Source: a virus (taxonomy: Duplodnaviria; Heunggongvirae; Uroviricota; Caudoviricetes). From it: a stretch of DNA of 16,425 bases. Below the pieces are notes generated by a model. It was not told the DNA's origin. It saw only the letters and a list, made by a program, of their open reading frames with translations, and did no database searches. A program made the translations under genes and the position numbers. Where the stretch lies: positions 1-16,425 of IMG/VR virus record IMGVR_UViG_2648501186_000008. One strand, 5' to 3'. Below, piece after piece: positions 7,304 to 12,647 of this stretch. Each line of letters begins with the position of its first letter. Position 1 is the stretch's first letter.

Positions 7304-7969
7304 TCAAACAAAACCAGCCGCTTTCCGGCGTTCATATTCCTGTTTCAGCAACTCAATTGGCGTTGGTCCCGACGGGTGTTTGGGTGCCGCCAGTTGTCGC
7401 CGGACTGGCGGAATGCTCAGGCCATTACCAACATGCTTTGCCCATTTCGTCAGTTGCCATTCTGCAAGCCGTTTTAACTCCCCTTCGGTCATCTGGCGCT
7501 CAATCCCCTTTGAACGCATCTCGAGGCAAATGTGATACAGCACAGGCTGAGACCACGGGTACTTATCACTTCCGTCGTATCGCCAGGACTCATTGCGCCA
7601 GCGGCGGTACTCCTCCATCACAGCATCCACCGTCAGACCAAATGGATTGGCTCCGCTTTCCGAAATCAGCGCCACAAACTCAGCCAGGTCCGGAGGCCAT
7701 GTTTCACCCGCCCGGCAGCGGTCCATGCACTGGCGGCAGACCTGCCGGATTTGCTGCTCAGTCATCGCGCCAATCTGTGCAATCCAGAGCTTCGAAGGTG
7801 CGGCCCCGTTCTTCTGGGTCCAGCGGTTCGAATAAACCTCCCCCATGAGTTCCCACAGCTTCCAGGCCGTTTCCGTCGCTGATAAATCCGTTTTCACGTT
7901 CCCACTGCTCACGTGCTGCCCGAATTTCCTGAACTGCTCGTGATGCGGTGCCACCTGGTGCTGCTGCAT
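7304..7969 (-). CDS. lambda P-like replication protein (DnaB helicase loader)
   Basis: C-terminal two-thirds aligns by eye with lambda P (ETWPPDLAEFVALI, YPWSQPVLYHI, MTEGELKRLAEWQL against lambda PFLPSPGQFVAWC, YPWKSNAHYWLV, LTDAELRRKAADEL). ATG 7969 has an AAGGGGG Shine-Dalgarno but lies 212 nt inside the O-like gene; alternative starts at 7846 or 7765. Confidence 0.7.
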   Translation of the reverse strand: MQQHQVAPHHEQFRKFGQHVSSGNVKTDLSATETAWKLWELMGEVYSNRWTQKNGAAPSKLWIAQIGAMTEQQIRQVCRQCMDRCRAGETWPPDLAEFVALISESGANPFGLTVDAVMEEYRRWRNESWRYDGSDKYPWSQPVLYHICLEMRSKGIERQMTEGELKRLAEWQLTKWAKHVGNGLSIPPVRRQLAAPKHPSGPTPIELLKQEYERRKAAGFV

Positions 7970-8777
7970 GGTTTACCCCCTTGCTGACTGGTTTAACCTG
8001 CGCCCTGACGTGATTTACGTGACGGGCGAATTTCTGCTCCCACTGAATCTGCGTGAACACTTTCCCCTCCGCTGCCCAGTAGTCCCGGAAGGCTGCAAAT
8101 TCAGCTGGTGTAAATTCCGGCTCAGGCAGAGCCACTCCCCACAGAGCAGCCCGTCGTCGAAAATCCGGCGACGGATGCCAGCCATCGGTCATCGGAAATT
8201 TCCCGATGGGTTCGCTCATGCCGTCCAGATATTCGGGCTCCGGTGTCTGCGATGGCGTACCGTTCGACTCACTGGTCGTAGCTCTCTCGCGCACGCGCGC
8301 GTTATGTGTGGGGTTTAATTCTTTATCTGTATCTTTATCTGTCGTGACTCGTCGTGACATGTCGTGACATATGCGTGACTCGTCGTGACACCCCTCATTC
8401 TGTTTTCGTAATTTTTCCCTCTCGCGCTGCGCTCTCTTGCGCTCTGCCGGGGATTTCGCGGTTTGTGAAACGTTGCCATTGTCCTCTTTCAGTACCTGGC
8501 GTTTTTCCCATCCAGTGATTAAATCACCATCAAGTACCCGCCCCTGCATCGTCTGCAAAATTGAATCAATTACCTCTTCTGTCACGTCGAGCGCACTTGC
8601 CAAATCTTCTGTCGTGACATCAATGTGACCTCGCGTGACATTTCGTGACGCGCTCACCAGGAGGTGGATATACACTGCCATCACTGTTGCAATTGGCTGC
8701 CCTGACACCCTGGCAATTGTTCGCCACTTAGGGTCATTTGGCATGTCATGCCATAATCTGAGCCAAGCGTTAGCCAT
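7758..8777 (-). CDS. replication initiator / replisome organiser (O-like) with origin iterons inside the coding sequence
   Basis: 339 aa from ATG 8777 with GAGGTG Shine-Dalgarno (track start 8783 is GTG). Contains two clusters of CGTGAC-type repeats; directly upstream of the P-like gene, the lambda O-P arrangement. Confidence 0.65.
   Translation of the reverse strand: MANAWLRLWHDMPNDPKWRTIARVSGQPIATVMAVYIHLLVSASRNVTRGHIDVTTEDLASALDVTEEVIDSILQTMQGRVLDGDLITGWEKRQVLKEDNGNVSQTAKSPAERKRAQREREKLRKQNEGCHDESRICHDMSRRVTTDKDTDKELNPTHNARVRERATTSESNGTPSQTPEPEYLDGMSEPIGKFPMTDGWHPSPDFRRRAALWGVALPEPEFTPAEFAAFRDYWAAEGKVFTQIQWEQKFARHVNHVRAQVKPVSKGVNHAAAPGGTASRAVQEIRAAREQWERENGFISDGNGLEAVGTHGGGLFEPLDPEERGRTFEALDCTDWRDD
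8320..8389. repeat. origin-type iteron array: five GTCGTGAC-like 8-mers phased at 10-11 bp, preceded by 2x TCTTTATCTG
   Basis: 8-mers start at 8341, 8351, 8361, 8372 (TGCGTGAC) and 8382. Direct repeat TCTTTATCTG at 8320-8329 and 8332-8341. AT-rich tract 8301-8340 and alternating block CGCGCACGCGCGCG at 8288-8301 lie adjacent. Confidence 0.7.
8581..8649. repeat. second cluster of CGTGAC-type repeats in the 5' part of the O-like gene
   Basis: GTCACG (inverted) at 8581-8586; CGTGAC at 8613-8618, 8634-8639 and 8644-8649, with GTGAC at 8625-8629. Spacing again about one helical turn. Confidence 0.45.
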
Positions 8778-8848
8778 ACTCACCTCTTCTGATACCGAAT
8801 CTTTTTACTCACGAGTTGCCGGAAGTGATTCGATATGGCTATTGTCAG

Positions 8849-9274
8849 TCAATGTACTGCCACAGCATTTCCTGCCGGGCCACCACGGTTCATCTGATTG
8901 AAACCGGCGATTGCCACTGCGACAAAATCATCAGCGTCTCTCACCAGTCGCTCCCGCGTCTCCACCAGCTCCCGAAAATAAGCTGAACTGTGGCTGCGCA
9001 TTCTGGCCACCAGCAAAGGTGGCATTGCCTTTTCGATCGCTGGTAACAACGTCTGAATTTTTTCAACTGCATCAGGGGTGTCTTTCTCTACCCAGCGGAA
9101 AATTTTCTGGGTATTGCGAGCCAGGGCTTCCGGATGGCTATCGTCATACAGTTCAGGAAACGTCATACCCAACTCAAAATAAGCCTGGGTTATTCCAGCT
9201 GCTGGAACTTTTTCGCCATCAGGACGCGCCCAGGCATTCATCGCCATGCGGATGTGTTCATGCTTGATTTTCAT
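8849..9274 (-). CDS. ydaT: YdaT-like protein (CII-like regulator / toxic protein of the Rac-type immunity region)
   Basis: 141 aa immediately downstream of the Cro-like gene, matching the racR / ydaS-ydaT layout and protein lengths of K-12 Rac as I recall them. AGAGG Shine-Dalgarno before ATG 9274. Symbol is tentative. Confidence 0.6.
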   Translation of the reverse strand: MKIKHEHIRMAMNAWARPDGEKVPAAGITQAYFELGMTFPELYDDSHPEALARNTQKIFRWVEKDTPDAVEKIQTLLPAIEKAMPPLLVARMRSHSSAYFRELVETRERLVRDADDFVAVAIAGFNQMNRGGPAGNAVAVH

Positions 9275-9296
9275 GAATCATTTGCCTCTTGATGTT

Positions 9297-9593
9297 TCAG
9301 GTATGATCAAATGAGGATTTGTTACTGTCATTTAGTTGCTTCACTGACATATTCTGCGAACAACATGCCGAACGTCGTAAATATGACCAGTCAATATCAG
9401 GACGAAGTTCTTCGCACAGAACCTCACCTCTTGTTGCACGTTCAATTGCTGGACATCTCTCGGCAGGCAATTGACGTACCCCTTTGATCCATTGATTTAC
9501 GCTTGGAGGTGATACACCTAAAAGCCTAGCCATTGCTGATTGCCCACCGACAACAGCACAAGCTTGCTTGAATGAATAGTTCTCTTTTTTCAT
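9297..9593 (-). CDS. ydaS: Cro-like HTH regulator (YdaS-like)
   Basis: 98 aa; HTH segment FKQACAVVGGQSAMARLLGVSPPSVNQWIKG. Transcribed divergently from the repressor across an operator-rich spacer. Symbol is tentative. Confidence 0.7.
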   Translation of the reverse strand: MKKENYSFKQACAVVGGQSAMARLLGVSPPSVNQWIKGVRQLPAERCPAIERATRGEVLCEELRPDIDWSYLRRSACCSQNMSVKQLNDSNKSSFDHT

Positions 9594-9619
9594 CGAATGA
9601 ACTCCAAAAACACACAGAA

Positions 9620-9689
9620 ATATTAGGCGACGCCTAACGCAAATGTCAATAGGCTGTGCCTAATGCGATAAAGGTAGGGATTGCCTAAT
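9620..9689. promoter_or_regulatory. O_R-like region: three phased operators TAGGC-N3-GCCTA interlocked with a near-consensus leftward promoter
   Basis: Operators at 9623-9637 (perfect palindrome TTAGGCGACGCCTAA), 9650-9662 (TAGGCTGTGCCTA) and 9675-9687 (TAGGGATTGCCTA). Minus-strand promoter TTGACA (9649-9644), 18-nt spacer, TAATAT (9625-9620) drives the Cro-like gene. Confidence 0.6.
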
Positions 9690-9716
9690 GCAATGAGCAT
9701 AGGAGAATATTAAGCA

Positions 9717-10193
9717 ATGCTTAGTGGTAAAGACTTAGGCCGAGCGATAGAGCAGGCCATTAACAAAAAAATCGCATCGGGATCCGTCAAATCAAAGGCG
9801 GAGGTCGCACGCCACTTCAAAGTCCAACCACCATCAATTTATGACTGGATTAAGAAAGGCTCTATAAGTAAAGATAAACTTCCAGAATTATGGCGTTTCT
9901 TTTCTGATGTTGTTGGTCCAGAGCATTGGGGGCTTAACGAATACCCCATACCAACCCCCACCAATTCAGATACAAAAAGTGAACTTTTAGATATAAACAA
10001 CCTTTATCAAGCAGCCTCTGATGAAATAAGAGCGATTGTAGCTTTCCTGTTATCTGGAAATGCTACAGAACCAGATTGGGTTGACCACGATGTTCGCGCC
10101 TACATAGCAGCGATGGAAATGAAAGTGGGTAAGTATCTGAAAGCTCTAGAATCTGAACGGAAAAGCCAGAACATCACAAAAACTGGAACTTAA
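9717..10193 (+). CDS. racR: prophage repressor (RacR-like, CI-type HTH protein)
   Basis: 158 aa; N-terminal HTH KSKAEVARHFKVQPPSIYDWIKKG. AGGAG Shine-Dalgarno before ATG 9717. Flanked on both sides by the same operator motif. Symbol is tentative. Confidence 0.75.
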   Translation: MLSGKDLGRAIEQAINKKIASGSVKSKAEVARHFKVQPPSIYDWIKKGSISKDKLPELWRFFSDVVGPEHWGLNEYPIPTPTNSDTKSELLDINNLYQAASDEIRAIVAFLLSGNATEPDWVDHDVRAYIAAMEMKVGKYLKALESERKSQNITKTGT

Positions 10194-10289
10194 ACTTATA
10201 TGGTCTGACGGAAAACTCCTGGATTCCGTTATTTAACCCCCCATCACTTTCTGCTGTCGCCATCACCTATTAGGTTACGATCAAAACAT

Positions 10290-10331
10290 TAGGCATAGCC
10301 TATTGACAATCAATTAGGCATTACCTATAGT
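10290..10331 (+). promoter_or_regulatory. pL-like early-left promoter overlapped by two operators (O_L)
   Basis: TTGACA (10303-10308), 17-nt spacer, TATAGT (10326-10331). Operators TAGGCATAGCCTA (10290-10302) and TAGGCATTACCTA (10315-10327) abut the -35 and fill the spacer. Confidence 0.55.
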
Positions 10332-10508
10332 TCCAGCATACCACCCACCCCGCCCCACAGAACGCAGGGCAATACTTCGAGTTACCAGGCAGTGGTCAGG
10401 GGTTAAGTAGCCAGCCCGAGGCGTAAGAACATGACGGCAGGGTTCAACTTTAACTATGCAGCAGGTTTTTGTTCCGCCACCCCGGCGTTAAGGGGAAATG
10501 AGGTCAGC

Positions 10509-10664
10509 ATGGATACTATCGATCTTGGCAACAGCGAATCTCTGGTATGTGGCGTGTTCCCCAACCAGGACGGCACGTTCACTGCGATGACGTATACCAA
10601 AAGCAAAACGTTTAAAACCGAATCTGGCGCGCGTCGCTGGCTGGAAAGAAACTCAGGTGAGTGA
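10509..10664 (+). CDS. small early-left protein (51 aa)
   Basis: ATG 10509 with GAGG 6 nt upstream. The ORF-track version starts at ATG 10431, which is also possible. First ORF of the pL-like operon. Confidence 0.4.
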   Translation: MDTIDLGNSESLVCGVFPNQDGTFTAMTYTKSKTFKTESGARRWLERNSGE

Positions 10665-10665
10665 T

Positions 10666-10794
10666 ATGGATTTCGACACAATCATGGAAAAGGCTTACGA
10701 AGAATACTTCGAAGGCCTTGCCGAAGGCGAAGAAGCTCTCAGCTTCAGTGAGTTTAAACAGGCGCTTTCCAGCTCGGCAAAATCTAACGGCTGA
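10666..10794 (+). CDS. small acidic protein (42 aa), not in the ORF track
   Basis: ATG 10666 with AGGTGAG Shine-Dalgarno, 2 nt after the previous stop; translates MDFDTIMEKAYEEYFEGLAEGEEALSFSEFKQALSSSAKSNG. The overlapping track ORF 10661-10870 (GTG start, Arg/Ser-rich) is the less plausible frame. Confidence 0.35.
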   Translation: MDFDTIMEKAYEEYFEGLAEGEEALSFSEFKQALSSSAKSNG

Positions 10795-10823
10795 TAAGCG
10801 AAGCAGCACCGCGAGGAATCAGT

Positions 10824-11042
10824 ATGCAGAAACGAGAACCCGTCATCATCGCGCCAGACTATACCGATGATGAACTTTATGAGTGGATGCGCCAGAAAAT
10901 TAATGCAGCGCAGGATCTGAAATGGGCCAATGAAGCCAGGGCTAAGCAGGCTGAAAATCTGTCCGCTCTGGAGCAGGATATCACCAGGCTGGAAAAAGCA
11001 GCGGCATTAAGCATTGCCAGAATGATTTCATACCCGCGTTAA
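10824..11042 (+). CDS. small early-left protein (72 aa), helical
   Basis: GAGGAA Shine-Dalgarno before ATG 10824. C-terminal half (AQDLKWANEARAKQAENLSALEQDITRLEKAAALS) looks coiled-coil. Function unknown. Confidence 0.45.
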   Translation: MQKREPVIIAPDYTDDELYEWMRQKINAAQDLKWANEARAKQAENLSALEQDITRLEKAAALSIARMISYPR

Positions 11043-11177
11043 TAGCTAACCAACGAAGCTAAGGTTGGTAATTAAGGAGTTCTCCACGGGTCAGGTGGAG
11101 TGCGTGCGCCGGACACGGGTGAGCATCCGGTACGTTCTTTAAAAATCTGGATAGTCCCAACTTATTTAAACGGTTAA

Positions 11178-11609
11178 TTATCTTGAGTTCATCCAGAACT
11201 TATTATTGCAAGCGGGGCAAAAAGTACGAAAATGAGCATCAAAGCGCATTATTTCCATTGGCTGAAGTACAGATATTACCTTTTTTCCAAAACATTGTGG
11301 GCAAAGATACACAGTTATCTCAGTATCGCCTATAAATTGCTTCTTGGAATATACAAGGGTTCCAGAATCAAGCTTGTTAAGCTTGTAACCTTCCGCCTGT
11401 CGCTGAAAATCTTCTGTCTCTGCAATTTTTGCTTTGAGATGCATTATCTCTTCATCACGAAAGCGGATCGCATCGCAAAGAGAGAAGCATTCCGCCTGAA
11501 GCGTGATTAGTTTGTTCTGAAGTTCAATAGTTGCGGCTTTAACTTCTGCATCCGTTTTTGCGTCATTAATAACCTTAGCGAGACCAGCTGTCTCCTTTAT
11601 CGCAGCCAT
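11178..11609 (-). CDS. coiled-coil protein with C-terminal CxxC...CxxC zinc ribbon (143 aa), antisense to the early-left operon
   Basis: ATG 11609 has only a weak SD; the track extends it to a GTG at 11738. N-terminal heptad-like helix (IELQNKLITLQAE...EEIMHLKAKIAETEDFQRQ); C-terminal CPQC-x24-CPAC. AT-rich relative to its neighbours. Confidence 0.5.
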   Translation of the reverse strand: MAAIKETAGLAKVINDAKTDAEVKAATIELQNKLITLQAECFSLCDAIRFRDEEIMHLKAKIAETEDFQRQAEGYKLNKLDSGTLVYSKKQFIGDTEITVYLCPQCFGKKVISVLQPMEIMRFDAHFRTFCPACNNKFWMNSR

Positions 11610-11640
11610 AGCCGCTGACAGTTCTGCTATCACGTTGAGT

Positions 11641-11700
11641 ACTCTTCTCGTTGTTGGGGATATCCGGATTATACAAATTTCTTGTTGTTGGGGAATAACA
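11641..11700 (-). promoter_or_regulatory. candidate promoter for the zinc-ribbon gene: perfect TATAAT bracketed by an 11-bp direct repeat
   Basis: Minus-strand TATAAT at 11673-11668. Direct repeat GTTGTTGGGGA at 11650-11660 and 11684-11694 (plus strand) sits either side. No good -35. Confidence 0.3.
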
Positions 11701-11949
11701 GGAACCACCTCGCCTGACGTGGTTAAAAGCAGGCACACAACGCGAAAGCGTACGGCGAGGTAGCTGGTTCATAGATAGCCTGTCGTTAAATTTTCGTCGA
11801 CCGTGCACTTCCGGTTGTGGCAATCCGCGAAATGGCGCGGCGGTAAGTATGGCTGGGTTATCCTTACCCCATTAGTGGCACCGGGTTGTCAGGTTGACCA
11901 TACGCTTAAGTGACAACCCCGCTGCAACAACCCATGTTGATTACCTTTT

Positions 11950-11995
11950 GGCGGGTATCCGTTTTTTGTTTTCCCTTGTGATACCCGCCCTTTTT
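11950..11995 (+). terminator. terminator-like hairpin on the plus strand inside the early-left operon
   Basis: Perfect 10-bp stem GGCGGGTATC (11950-11959) / GATACCCGCC (11980-11989), followed by C then five T. The 20-nt loop is long for a canonical terminator. Confidence 0.4.
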
Positions 11996-11999
11996 AAAG

Positions 12000-12161
12000 T
12001 GAATTTTGTGATGCGGTGAATGCGGCTCAGCGCACGCGGAACAGTTAAAAAGGCCAGTTGACTTCCGTATTGGTTCTTATGGGTGGGTTCTCTGTATCCG
12101 GCGTTAATTATTAACTGGTTAACGTCACCTGGAGGCACCAGGCACCGCATCACAAAATTCA
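12000..12161. repeat. perfect 19-bp inverted repeat flanking a 124-bp segment
   Basis: TGAATTTTGTGATGCGGTG at 12000-12018 and its exact reverse complement CACCGCATCACAAAATTCA at 12143-12161. Confidence 0.6.
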
Positions 12162-12178
12162 TTGTTGAGGATGCGATA

Positions 12179-12361
12179 ATGGAAACGTTATTACCAAACG
12201 TCAATACGTCTGAAGGTTGTTTTGAAATTGGTGTCAGAATCAGTAACCCTGTATTTACTGAAGATGCCATTAATAAGAGAAAACACGAACGGGAGCTATT
12301 AAATCAAATATGCATTGTTTCAATGCTGGCCCGTTTACGCCTGATGCAAAAAGGACGATGA
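12179..12361 (+). CDS. small protein (60 aa)
   Basis: ATG 12179 with GAGGA Shine-Dalgarno 8 nt upstream, just after the right inverted-repeat arm. Stop overlaps the next gene's start region. Confidence 0.4.
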   Translation: METLLPNVNTSEGCFEIGVRISNPVFTEDAINKRKHERELLNQICIVSMLARLRLMQKGR

Positions 12362-12363
12362 CA

Positions 12364-12567
12364 ATGAATACAGTATTTGCACTCGTTCTGACGGTTTTTC
12401 TTAATACAAGCGAGCCAGTCGATCTTGTTATTGGTATACATGACTCAATGAAAGAATGCATGGCTGCCGCAGCGGAACAGAAAATTCCCGGCAACTGTTA
12501 TCCGGTTGATAAAGTTACTCGCATGGACAATAACGAAATCCCGGCAGGACTTAAAACAGCACCGTAA
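12364..12567 (+). CDS. small secreted/membrane protein with N-terminal signal-peptide-like segment (67 aa)
   Basis: MNTVFALVLTVFLNTSEP hydrophobic N-terminus. AAGGA 8 nt upstream of ATG 12364; an in-frame ATG at 12358 is too close to the SD. Confidence 0.45.
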   Translation: MNTVFALVLTVFLNTSEPVDLVIGIHDSMKECMAAAAEQKIPGNCYPVDKVTRMDNNEIPAGLKTAP

Positions 12568-12647
12568 TTAATATCCGGTTTCATTTTTATATGCCAGCAA
12601 TGGCAGGGATTTGTTCACCCTTAAATCTGTAATGAGGTTAAAACAAA

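Noticed and set aside
7357-7882. Plus-strand ORFs of 116-163 aa (7357-7848, 7532-7882, 7593-7835) inside the P-like gene
   Set aside because: Antisense shadow frames in GC-rich coding DNA; Pro/Ser/Arg/Gly-rich low-complexity translations.
8320-8389. Possible CRISPR array suggested by the tandem repeats
   Set aside because: Units are 8 bp with 2-3 bp between them, inside a coding sequence, with no spacers or leader. They are origin iterons.
11041-11180. Possible tRNA or small structured RNA in the convergent intergenic region
   Set aside because: Two short hairpins are present (CTCCAC...GTGGAG and CCGGA...TCCGG) but there is no cloverleaf, no T-loop consensus and no T-run. Reading by eye I cannot support an RNA gene.
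11941-12270. 109-aa minus-strand ORF spanning the hairpin, the inverted-repeat element and the 60-aa gene
   Set aside because: Crosses the terminator-like hairpin and both repeat arms, lacks a ribosome-binding site, and overlaps a better-supported plus-strand gene.
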